Positions 27,908 through 37,021 of a stretch of DNA of 64,000 nt are shown piece by piece. Positions within the stretch are counted from its first letter, which is position 1; each line of letters begins with the position of its first letter. The notes beneath the pieces are model-generated. The model did not search any database, was not told where the DNA came from, and was given only the letters and a program-made list of their open reading frames with translations. The position numbers and the translations under genes were made by a program. Origin of the DNA: Candidatus Epulonipiscium sp. (GTDB lineage: Bacteria; Bacillota; Clostridia; Lachnospirales; JAAYNZ01); NCBI GenBank assembly GCA_012799415.1, contig JAAZLH010000356.1, forward strand, positions 9,132 to 73,131. Direction: 5' to 3'.

Positions 27908-28950
27908 TGAAAAAAAGAACCATATTATTTTCTTTATCTATCCTACTTATGTTTAGTGCGTTTTTAGGAGGGTGTAATTCAAAAAATCAAATCACACTTC
28001 ATGTTTATAATTGGGGCGATTATATCGATCCTGATATTTTAAAAGAATTTGAGAAAGAAACTGGAATCAAGATTAAATATGATATGTTCGCTACCAATGA
28101 GGAAATGTATGTGAAAATCAATCAAGGAACTGCCAAATATGATATTGCTTTTCCTTCCGATTATATGATCGAAAAAATGATCAAGGAAGGGCTCGCAGAA
28201 AAAATTGATTTTAACAATATTCCCAATTACCGCTACATTGATGATCGTTTTAAAGATCTAGATTTTGATCCAACAAATGAGTATTCTGTTCCTTATATGT
28301 GGGGTACCCTTGGAATTTTATATAATAAAACTATGGTAGATGATCCCGTAGATAGCTGGGACATTCTTTGGAATCCAAAATACGAAAAACAAATTTTAAT
28401 GCTTGATAGCCAAAGAGATACATTGGCTATTGCACTGAAGCGATTAAACTACTCTATGAATTCCATGGTAGATGCAGAACTGGAAGCTGCTAAAACCTCT
28501 CTGATTGAACAGCGTCCCCTTGTACTAGCCTACGTAGGAGATGAGGTAAAAGATAAGATGATTGGTGAAGAAGCTGCTTTGGCTGTCGTGTGGGCAGGAG
28601 ATGCTATTGCTATGCAAAGAGAAAATCCAGATCTTGAATATGTCATTCCTAAAGAAGGAACAAATCTTTTTGTAGACAGCATCGTTATTCCATCCACTGT
28701 TCAACATAAAGCAGAAGCCGAAAAGTTCATTGATTTCTTATGTCGAACAGATATCGCTTTTAAGAATACAGATTATATTGGGTATTCTACTCCTCACACA
28801 GAAGCTGTTACACAATTAGATCCTGAGCTTGCAAATAGCCCTATCGCCTATCCTAAAGAAGAAGATCTAGAAGATGCAGAAATTTTCATTGATCTTGGCA
28901 CCTATCTTGAGCAGTATAATCGCGTATGGACAGATATTAAAGCTCATTAA
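27904..28950 (+). CDS. potD: Spermidine/putrescine-binding lipoprotein
   Basis: 348 aa. Lipobox LGGC. PotD/PotF-type periplasmic binding protein (YNWGDYID near the N-terminus). Confidence 0.9.
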   Translation: MMKKRTILFSLSILLMFSAFLGGCNSKNQITLHVYNWGDYIDPDILKEFEKETGIKIKYDMFATNEEMYVKINQGTAKYDIAFPSDYMIEKMIKEGLAEKIDFNNIPNYRYIDDRFKDLDFDPTNEYSVPYMWGTLGILYNKTMVDDPVDSWDILWNPKYEKQILMLDSQRDTLAIALKRLNYSMNSMVDAELEAAKTSLIEQRPLVLAYVGDEVKDKMIGEEAALAVVWAGDAIAMQRENPDLEYVIPKEGTNLFVDSIVIPSTVQHKAEAEKFIDFLCRTDIAFKNTDYIGYSTPHTEAVTQLDPELANSPIAYPKEEDLEDAEIFIDLGTYLEQYNRVWTDIKAH

Positions 28951-29084
28951 AATTAGTTTCTTTCAATCAATAAGACTTTCATCATTTTATAGATACACAT
29001 TCACAATCCAATCCATCGCAGACTGTATATATTATAAACGTGCTCAGGTTGTTTTGAAATTGTGTATCTATAAATCCACTTTTT

Positions 29085-29138
29085 AAAAAAGACCTAAAAA
29101 TCTTGTCTCATGAACAAAGATTTTTAGGTCTTTTATTT
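29085..29138. terminator. Bidirectional terminator between potD and the NlpC/P60 gene
   Basis: 15-bp stem GACCTAAAAATCTTG/CAAAGATTTTTAGGTC flanked by A6 and T4ATTT. Confidence 0.9.
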
Positions 29139-29145
29139 GTAATAT

Positions 29146-29910
29146 TTAAAGTATGCGGCTAGCTTTTACATAAGTTCTTACGTAGTAAGATTCATATAAA
29201 TTATTGATAACGACTCCTTTATTAGTAGCCGAATGAATAAAATTTCCTTCCCCAATATATAAACCAACATGCGATATATTCCCTCGATTTGCACCTCCAT
29301 TGGTGTCGAAGAAAATCAGGTCCCCTGGCTGTAATTGAGATTTATCTACATAGCTACCATTGTACACTTGATCTCTAGAAGAACGGTTCAATGAAATGCC
29401 AAAATGGTTCATAACTGAATAAGTAAACCCTGAGCAATCCACACCTTTTCCTAAAGCCGTTCCAGCATAACGGTAAGGTGTACCTATATATTGTTTTGCA
29501 AATTGTATAATTTCTTGTGCTTTATCACCATTCATAGCAGGGGCAATAACTGGTTCAATCTCGGGCACAGAAGCTAACTCGGCGGATCCTACGTAATCTC
29601 CAAAAATCCAAGCAACTTGTCCATTATAAAAAATTTGATACCAATTCCCTTGTTTGCCTTGAAGTAATAAAGGATCTTGTAAGTTAACTTGTCCTAATAC
29701 TTGGCAAGAAGTATTGGGGGCAACCCTAATATTCACATGATTCCCTGTACTATATCCTACAACCTGGATAGGTTGTACAGCTTCAACAGTTTCACTTTGT
29801 ATTGGTTCTTCTACAACACCTTCATCAGCATATACAGTAGATAAACTTAAAAATCCGACTATAATTCCTGTAACAGTGAGCTTGATTCCTCTACGTATGA
29901 ATGATTCCAT
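29146..29910 (-). CDS. Cell-wall hydrolase with SH3b and NlpC/P60 domains
   Basis: Signal peptide, SH3b (VNIRVAPNTSCQVLGQV...GNWYQIFYNGQVAWI), then NlpC/P60 with the catalytic DCSGF and a downstream His (ISHVGLYIG). Confidence 0.9.
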   Translation of the reverse strand: MESFIRRGIKLTVTGIIVGFLSLSTVYADEGVVEEPIQSETVEAVQPIQVVGYSTGNHVNIRVAPNTSCQVLGQVNLQDPLLLQGKQGNWYQIFYNGQVAWIFGDYVGSAELASVPEIEPVIAPAMNGDKAQEIIQFAKQYIGTPYRYAGTALGKGVDCSGFTYSVMNHFGISLNRSSRDQVYNGSYVDKSQLQPGDLIFFDTNGGANRGNISHVGLYIGEGNFIHSATNKGVVINNLYESYYVRTYVKASRIL

Positions 29911-29958
29911 TGATTTAAGTCCCCCTATTAAAAGTTGTTACGTAATTGTTACAAGATT

Positions 29959-29987
29959 ATTATATATCGTTACAATATCTTTGTCAA
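29959..29987 (-). promoter_or_regulatory. Consensus sigma-A promoter of the NlpC/P60 hydrolase gene
   Basis: The minus strand reads TTGACA-17 nt-TATAAT. The leader is about 45 nt. Confidence 0.75.
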
Positions 29988-30008
29988 CTATTAAATTGTT
30001 TTGTCATT

Positions 30009-31202
30009 TTAGAATGTAATTTTCCCCATGACTACTCCATGCTTAGCTCCTGTAACTTGAGGGATATTATTATGATTTCCATGAAGGGTTTCATTTGCAA
30101 GAATTGCAAAGGCAATTGCCTCTTTTGCATCACTATTTAAACCTATTTCTTCTTGTGTTTGTACGACCATACCCTGTAGATCTCTTTTTAAAAAATTGAT
30201 CAGTGTTTTATTATAACTACCACCCCCACTAATCAGCACACGATTTATTTGATGCTTTGGTAAAATATATTGCTCATAACTATGGGCAATGGATTTAGAG
30301 GTCAATGCGGTAGCTGTAGCGATTAAATCAATGGGTTTCATATGATAAGCTTGGCTTTTTCCTAGCATTTGTTCTACATATTGCTTTCCAAAGTATTCTC
30401 GTCCTGTTGTTTTTGGAGGTGCCATATGAAAATAGGGATCTTTCATTAGTTCATTTAATAAGTCTTCACAAACAATTCCCTGTCCAGCTAATTCTCCATC
30501 CTTGTCGTAAGTCTGTTTTGATTTTGTGATCACTCTTACTAATTCATCCATAATCATATTACCAGGACCTGTGTCAAAAGCCATAACTTGTTCTAGTGTT
30601 CCACCAGCTGGAAGAACTGTTACATTTCCAATTCCCCCTATATTTTGTAGAGCGAGAGTTTCATCTTCTTTAGCATACAATAGATATTCTGTATAAGGAA
30701 CTAAGGGAGCACCTTGCCCTAGTGCTGCCACATCTCTCACTCTAAAATCTCCTACTGTAACGATACCTGTTCGTTCTGCAATAACAGAAGGTTCACCTAT
30801 TTGTAAAGTGGAGCGACAGTCATATCCTGTATCTTGAATTAATTCTGGCATATGATAGATGGTTTGTCCATGAGAGCCTATAAAATCCACATCTATAGGC
30901 TTTAAACCTGCTTCTTCTATGATTTTTAATGCTGCATCTGCAAATAAATTTCCTAATAAAAAATTCATATGACAAATCTGATCTACTGTTCCTGTTTTAG
31001 GGTCGAAAAGTTTAAAAATTCTTTCCTGTATAGAATCTGGATAAGCGTAGTTTTTAAAAGCTAATAAATCTACTATCGTATCTATCCCTTTACGATGAAT
31101 CTCCACTATAGCTGCATCTATACCATCTACAGAAGTCCCTGACATAAGGCCGATGCCAATACTAGATGATTGGTTCATGATCTTCATTATTCGTTTCATC
31201 AT
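30009..31202 (-). CDS. anmK: Anhydro-N-acetylmuramic acid kinase
   Basis: 397 aa. N-terminal GLMSGTSVDGIDAAIVEI and C-terminal ISGGGSYNKTL, both characteristic of AnmK. Confidence 0.88.
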   Translation of the reverse strand: MMKRIMKIMNQSSSIGIGLMSGTSVDGIDAAIVEIHRKGIDTIVDLLAFKNYAYPDSIQERIFKLFDPKTGTVDQICHMNFLLGNLFADAALKIIEEAGLKPIDVDFIGSHGQTIYHMPELIQDTGYDCRSTLQIGEPSVIAERTGIVTVGDFRVRDVAALGQGAPLVPYTEYLLYAKEDETLALQNIGGIGNVTVLPAGGTLEQVMAFDTGPGNMIMDELVRVITKSKQTYDKDGELAGQGIVCEDLLNELMKDPYFHMAPPKTTGREYFGKQYVEQMLGKSQAYHMKPIDLIATATALTSKSIAHSYEQYILPKHQINRVLISGGGSYNKTLINFLKRDLQGMVVQTQEEIGLNSDAKEAIAFAILANETLHGNHNNIPQVTGAKHGVVMGKITF

Positions 31203-31309
31203 TTTTCCCCTTTTTAAACTTATTATAGCACACTTGAAATAAAATTTTAACTATATTATTTATTTTAGTAATTATGTTTTATATTTTCGTTTATAGCTGT
31301 AAAAACATT

Positions 31310-32179
31310 TTAGCCTTTGACAGATCCTACTGTTAGCCCTTTTACAAAATATTTTTGTAAAAACGGATATAAAATAATGATCGGTAATGTTGATATAATA
31401 ATTACTGCCGACTTGATTGAAATACCAATTGTAGCTTTATCGGCTGATCCCGCCGCATCACCAAGCATTGATGTTCCATTCACAATGTTTCTTAAAAACA
31501 ACATAACTGGAAACTGTTTTGTATTTAAATAAATCAATCCATTAAACCAGTCATTCCAGAAAAACACAGCTGTATATAGCCCTACCGTTGCCAATGCTGC
31601 TTTTGAAAGAGGTATTACAATTTTATATAATATGCCAAAGTAACCTAGCCCATCAATTAATGCTGCTTCTTCCATTTCCGCTGGAATTGTCTTTAAAAAA
31701 CTAATCAATATAATTAAATTAAACTGATTAATAGCAAAAGGCAATAACATTGCCCACCTTGTTCCTGTGAGCCCTAATTTAGAAATCAATAAATAATTAG
31801 GAATTAATCCTCCTGAGAAAAACATTGAAAAGATTACCACTTTCATTGCAATTTCCTGTCCTCTTAAAAAAGGTTTCGATAAGGGATATGCGAATAAAGT
31901 TGTGAGTATTAAAGATATTGACGTTCCTATGGTGGTGTAAAAAATCGTATTACCATAAGCCCTAAGAAAGTTAGGATATGAAAATATTTGCTTATAAGCA
32001 TCCAGATTAATTCCTTTTGGAATAAACTTCACCTCATTATTAATAATTGCATTTGCATCAGATAGTGAAACCGCAATCATATAAATAAAAGGTGCCAAGC
32101 ATGCTAATAATACTAAAATCATTACTAAATAGACAAAAAAATCAAGTAATATACTTCCCATAGAACGATATTTCCTCAC
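31310..32179 (-). CDS. Carbohydrate ABC transporter permease (LplC-like)
   Basis: 289 aa with EAA loop EEAALIDGLGYFGILYKIVIP. Confidence 0.88.
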   Translation of the reverse strand: MRKYRSMGSILLDFFVYLVMILVLLACLAPFIYMIAVSLSDANAIINNEVKFIPKGINLDAYKQIFSYPNFLRAYGNTIFYTTIGTSISLILTTLFAYPLSKPFLRGQEIAMKVVIFSMFFSGGLIPNYLLISKLGLTGTRWAMLLPFAINQFNLIILISFLKTIPAEMEEAALIDGLGYFGILYKIVIPLSKAALATVGLYTAVFFWNDWFNGLIYLNTKQFPVMLFLRNIVNGTSMLGDAAGSADKATIGISIKSAVIIISTLPIIILYPFLQKYFVKGLTVGSVKG

Positions 32180-32190
32180 CTCATCACCTC

Positions 32191-33150
32191 CTAATATATT
32201 CCATCCCCTGCAAATTTCTTACTCATTGCATTGGATGTGGAGACCAAAATGACTCCTATAACACCACTAAACAGGCCTATTGCGGTTGCATAAGAATAAT
32301 TCTGATTAGCAAGGCCCGTACGGTAAACCAAAGTATCTATTATGTCACTAACATGTGAGTTAGACGGCGTATACATTAATAACACTTTTTCAAATCCAAG
32401 ACTTAACATACGACCAACATTTAGTATAAACATGACCATAATTGTTGGTGAAATAGATGGTATGGTTACGTGGATAATTTGCTGTATTCTTGATGCACCA
32501 TCAATCTGTGCTGCCTCAAATAACTCTTGGCTAATCCCTGTAATGGCTGCTAAGTAAATAATCGCAGTCCAGCCTGTAAATTGCCATGTGTCTGTAAATA
32601 TATAAAGCCAACGAAAATACTGTGGTTCGTTCATAAAATAAATTGGTCTCATACCAAATGCTGTGCTCAAAAAATTATTCAATAAACCCGAACTTGGTGA
32701 AAGTAGCTCATTCAATATAGCAATAACTACTACTGTTGATATAAATCTTGGCATATAGGAAACAGTTTGCACTAGTTTTTTAAATTTCAAATTACTCACT
32801 TCATTTAATAAAATGGCAAAAAGAATTGGCAATGGTAAATTAATTATTAAATTACCAAAAGATAGAATTAACGTGTTACGAAAAGCCCTCCAAAATATAG
32901 GGTCTTGCATAAAACTTTTAAAATATCTAAGACCAACCCAGCCTACACCATATGGCCCCATTCCTGGCCGATAACGACGAAAAGCTAAAATATTGCCAAA
33001 TAGGGGAACATACTTAAAAATAATAAAATATAACATCGGTAATGCCATCATCGTATATAATTGCCAATAACGTCTTAAATGCCTTGACCAAGATTGCTGA
33101 TTAGATTTCATTAATAGCGTCTTCTTTTCTTTTTCTTTATTGGAAACCAT
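32191..33150 (-). CDS. Carbohydrate ABC transporter permease (LplB-like)
   Basis: 319 aa with EAA loop FEAAQIDGASRIQQIIHVTIP. Confidence 0.88.
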   Translation of the reverse strand: MVSNKEKEKKTLLMKSNQQSWSRHLRRYWQLYTMMALPMLYFIIFKYVPLFGNILAFRRYRPGMGPYGVGWVGLRYFKSFMQDPIFWRAFRNTLILSFGNLIINLPLPILFAILLNEVSNLKFKKLVQTVSYMPRFISTVVVIAILNELLSPSSGLLNNFLSTAFGMRPIYFMNEPQYFRWLYIFTDTWQFTGWTAIIYLAAITGISQELFEAAQIDGASRIQQIIHVTIPSISPTIMVMFILNVGRMLSLGFEKVLLMYTPSNSHVSDIIDTLVYRTGLANQNYSYATAIGLFSGVIGVILVSTSNAMSKKFAGDGIY

Positions 33151-33222
33151 CTTTCCCCTCCTACCCAGTAATGAGGCTACCCCTAATGTATGATAGATAA
33201 GAGTAGCCTCTTTTTTAATCCA

Positions 33223-34836
33223 TTATTTTGCTATATACTCATTATATAATTGAGAAAACTCTTCAATTCGTAATGCTTTCATTTCGCTTACATAATCTTC
33301 CCAATCACTTTCTACACTCTTTTTACCTGTAATAAAGGCATCAATCCAAATTTCAAAAGCATCGGCTAAAGGTGTCTGCATTACGCCAGCATTCTCTGCA
33401 GTAAAATCATCAAATAAGGGTGTAGGCGGAATGTATTGAATTACATCACCCATACTAGCCACCTTTGCATTAATTTCAGAATAATTTTTATCATATTTTG
33501 TCATTTCATTTGCATTAATCCATACAAGTTGAGTAACATCAGATCCACATCCATATTTTACTTGCATAGTCTTATATACACCCTCGGGTGAATTAATTAA
33601 TTCGTCAGCATATTTAATTACACCATTTTCCTCAGTATAGGTAATTCCTTCTACTCCTAAACTCCATATTTTAGAGCCCTCTTCTGAGAAAAACACCTCA
33701 TCAATTGTACGAACAACACGCTCAAAATCATCTCTCTTGGCTGTTTTTGCTGGAAAAAGTACTCCTCCACCAGTACTGTTCTTTGGTTGGTGGTGAGCAC
33801 CCGCCGGTCCTTCAAGTGCTGGATACATTTGTAGTTTAAATCCATCAATTGTAGATGATCCTGTTATACCACCAATTTGATCATAATACGCATAGGTTGC
33901 CATTGCTTTTCCTGTCGCCATTTTATGAGACCATGTGTCTCCATCAATTGGATCTGCCATTTCTGGATCTAATAATCCTTCTGCAAAAAGTTTAGAAAAA
34001 AAGCTTACATATTCTTTATACTCGTCGCTAATCGCCCCAGGGAAATATTCTTTTTTTGCATAATCCCAGCTAAGGGTATTTGTTCCAGAAGCGCCGTTTT
34101 TGCCAAGGCTAATACCAAATGCTGGCATCGTCATCCTATATAATACACGTGGTCCTGCCAAAATTGTTAAAGGATATGAATCTGGGTACTCTGATTTAAA
34201 TGCCTTTAAAATAACATACAAATCATCATAAGTGGTAGGCTCCTTTAATCCCTTTGCTTGAAGAAAATCTTCTCTAAGAATAAGGCCTCCATCATAGAAT
34301 GGAATATCAAACAAGCTTGGCATGTAATAACGTTTTCCGTCCGCCAATTTTAAATTATTAACTGCATCTGTTAGCCCAAATTCTTCTACTCGTGAATTGA
34401 AATGGGGTGTATATTCTGAATAATCACTAATGGGAACTATTGCTCCGTTTAAGGCTAAAGATGCATTTTCCCCTCGAGTTGACTGGTACAATATTACATC
34501 TGGTGCATTGGTTCCAGTATTTAAAGCAAGAGACACTTTTGTAGCATAATCTGCAATTGGAATTACTTCAAATTCAAAATCCACATTAAATTTTTTCTCT
34601 ACTTCTTTTATAACGAGCCAATCTTCTTGAAAAGGTAGTGTTGCATTGTCCGAATAATAAATTGAAATTTTAACTGGATCTAAATCCTCATTTTGTTTTT
34701 GATCTTGACTTAGATCTTGTTTCTGGCTTTTATCAGGACTTAGTACATCCTTTGGTTGATCATCTTTTTTTCCACATGCTACTAATAGAGACACCACTAA
34801 AACTATCCATACTAAAACTGATAACTTCTTTTTCAT
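33223..34836 (-). CDS. Large extracellular solute-binding lipoprotein (LplA-like)
   Basis: 537 aa. Lipobox LVAC. The size and layout match the LplA group of sugar/oligosaccharide-binding proteins. Confidence 0.85.
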   Translation of the reverse strand: MKKKLSVLVWIVLVVSLLVACGKKDDQPKDVLSPDKSQKQDLSQDQKQNEDLDPVKISIYYSDNATLPFQEDWLVIKEVEKKFNVDFEFEVIPIADYATKVSLALNTGTNAPDVILYQSTRGENASLALNGAIVPISDYSEYTPHFNSRVEEFGLTDAVNNLKLADGKRYYMPSLFDIPFYDGGLILREDFLQAKGLKEPTTYDDLYVILKAFKSEYPDSYPLTILAGPRVLYRMTMPAFGISLGKNGASGTNTLSWDYAKKEYFPGAISDEYKEYVSFFSKLFAEGLLDPEMADPIDGDTWSHKMATGKAMATYAYYDQIGGITGSSTIDGFKLQMYPALEGPAGAHHQPKNSTGGGVLFPAKTAKRDDFERVVRTIDEVFFSEEGSKIWSLGVEGITYTEENGVIKYADELINSPEGVYKTMQVKYGCGSDVTQLVWINANEMTKYDKNYSEINAKVASMGDVIQYIPPTPLFDDFTAENAGVMQTPLADAFEIWIDAFITGKKSVESDWEDYVSEMKALRIEEFSQLYNEYIAK

Positions 34837-35183
34837 CTTAACCCTCCTTGATTCATTTATTTATTCGTTTTATCCCGAAACATAAGCACATTCCTTTTCA
34901 CTTAGTAACTTTATTTCATATTTTATTAGTAAGTTTGCACTATTGTTTCATAAAATAATATTACCATTTCTGTTTAATTTAGTCAACTATGCTTTGTACC
35001 TTTTTTATAAAAAAAATCTTTATTAACTATTTATTTGTACATATTGAATAAGTTGTTTGGTCAAAATACTTTTGTCATACTCATTTTATCGTAAATCGAC
35101 TATCATGATATAGGGTATGACTTTTACCTTTGTTTTAGAATAGTGAAACACCATTGGAGGATAACATAATAAAGAGATGCATA

Positions 35184-35221
35184 CAAAAAACTCAGAGACA
35201 CTACATCCTCTGAGTTTTTTG
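35184..35221 (-). terminator. Terminator of the hydrogenase operon
   Basis: ACTCAGAG/CTCTGAGT stem followed by a U6 run on the minus strand. Confidence 0.85.
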
Positions 35222-35242
35222 CTTTTATTATTTATTCAATTT

Positions 35243-37015
35243 TTATACTTTTTGCTTTGATGTATAAGTGGTATGCAGAAGTGCATGGGCTTTTTCACCT
35301 AAAGGTTCACCTAAATAGGTTTCATATAACTCTTTAATAGCTGGATTTTCGTGAGATTTACGAATCTCTTTATTACGATCTTCTTGATAAATAGCCGCAG
35401 CACGTTTGTGTAAAATTTCTATATCTCCATGATGATAAGGCTGCCCTCCACCACCAATGCAACCACCTGGACAAGCCATGATTTCAATAGCATGAAGATT
35501 TCTAGGATTACCTTGTTGTACTTCTTCTAATAAGGCTCTTGCATTTCCAAGGCCATGAGCAATCCCTATATTCAGCTTTAAGTCATTAATAGGTACGGTA
35601 GCTACACGAATACCGTCCATACCACGCAGTTGCTCAAAATCAAGCTTTTCAAGCTCTGATCCTGTTAACCATTCATAGGCTGTTCGAGTTGCTGCTTCAA
35701 TAACTCCCCCTGTAGTTCCAAAAATAACCCCAGCACCTGTAGACATACCTAGAGGATGATCAAAATCTTCTTCTTCTAATTCTTGTAGGTTTAAGTTAGC
35801 CTGCTTTATTAGATGAGCCAATTCCCTTGTAGAAATAGAAAGATCTACATCAGGATTTCCATCTACTTGAAATTCTTCTCTGGAAGCTTCTTGTTTTTTA
35901 GCTAAACAAGGCATAACAGAAACAACTACCATTTTTTCTCTAGGAACACCTAATTTTTCTGCATAATAAGATTTTGCAATAGACCCAAACATTTGTTGAG
36001 GTGATTTAGCACTAGAGGGAATGTCTAGTAAGTCTGGGAATTGACTTTCAATAAAGTTTACCCAAGCTGGACAGCAGGAAGTTAACATCGGTAGCGGAAC
36101 TGTTGTGTCCCCTTCTAGATAGCGTGTAAGGCGATCTAATAACTCTGCCCCTTCTTCCATAATAGTTAAATCCGCAGCAAAATCTGTGTCAAACACATAG
36201 TCAAACCCTAATCTTCGAAGGGCAGCTGCCATTTTCCCAGTAACGATGGTACCAGGCTCATAGCCAAATTCTTCACCTAAAGCTACTCGTACTGCCGGTG
36301 CTGTCTGAACAACCACAACTTTTTCTGGATCTGCTAATGCTTCTACTACTGTCCATACATTATCTTTTTCTGAGAGAGCACCTACAGGACAAACAGCTAC
36401 ACATTGGCCACAATGCGTACATACTGTATCCACTAAGTCAGCTTCAAAAGCAGTCGCTACAACAGCATCAAACCCTCTGTTAATACCCGAGAGAGCACCT
36501 ACTGTTTGAACATCATTACACATAGTCTCACAGCGTCGGCACATAATACATTTATCCATATCACGAATAATAGAAGGAGAATAATCTTTTTTATACGTAG
36601 ATTGAGACTTTCCTGAAACTCGAACCTCACGTATACCAAGCATTTCTGCTAAATCTTGTAACTCACATTCTCCTGATTGAGAGCAAACTAAACAGTCTTT
36701 TGGATGATCCGATAAAGTAAGTTCCATCACTGTTTTTCTTGCATTTAACACTTTTACTGTATTGGTTTTAATGTTCATTCCTTCTGCTACAGGTGTTGCA
36801 CAAGCTGGCATCAATCTTCGGCTGCCTTCTACTTCCACCACACAAATCCTACAGGAAGCCGTTTGATTAACCATTTTAATATCATGTAGATCTAAATGAC
36901 ATAACGTGGGGATAAAAAGCCCAACTTGCTTTGCTGCTTCTAAGATCGTTGTTCCCTTAGGAACTTCTACAACCCTTCCATCAATGGTTACTTTTATATC
37001 TGGCATCGTATACAC
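35243..37015 (-). CDS. hndD: [FeFe] hydrogenase catalytic subunit (M3-type, NADH-dependent complex)
   Basis: 590 aa. N-terminal 2Fe-2S and Fe-S domains plus canonical H-cluster motifs TSCCPAWV, MPCLAKKQE and EIMACPGGCIGGGGQP. Confidence 0.93.
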   Translation of the reverse strand: MYTMPDIKVTIDGRVVEVPKGTTILEAAKQVGLFIPTLCHLDLHDIKMVNQTASCRICVVEVEGSRRLMPACATPVAEGMNIKTNTVKVLNARKTVMELTLSDHPKDCLVCSQSGECELQDLAEMLGIREVRVSGKSQSTYKKDYSPSIIRDMDKCIMCRRCETMCNDVQTVGALSGINRGFDAVVATAFEADLVDTVCTHCGQCVAVCPVGALSEKDNVWTVVEALADPEKVVVVQTAPAVRVALGEEFGYEPGTIVTGKMAAALRRLGFDYVFDTDFAADLTIMEEGAELLDRLTRYLEGDTTVPLPMLTSCCPAWVNFIESQFPDLLDIPSSAKSPQQMFGSIAKSYYAEKLGVPREKMVVVSVMPCLAKKQEASREEFQVDGNPDVDLSISTRELAHLIKQANLNLQELEEEDFDHPLGMSTGAGVIFGTTGGVIEAATRTAYEWLTGSELEKLDFEQLRGMDGIRVATVPINDLKLNIGIAHGLGNARALLEEVQQGNPRNLHAIEIMACPGGCIGGGGQPYHHGDIEILHKRAAAIYQEDRNKEIRKSHENPAIKELYETYLGEPLGEKAHALLHTTYTSKQKV

Positions 37016-37021
37016 TCCTTC

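Noticed and set aside
29911-29958. c-di-AMP (ydaO-type) riboswitch upstream of the NlpC/P60 hydrolase, a common association
   Set aside because: The consensus promoter leaves a leader of only about 45 nt, far too short for that riboswitch, and none of its conserved segments are present.
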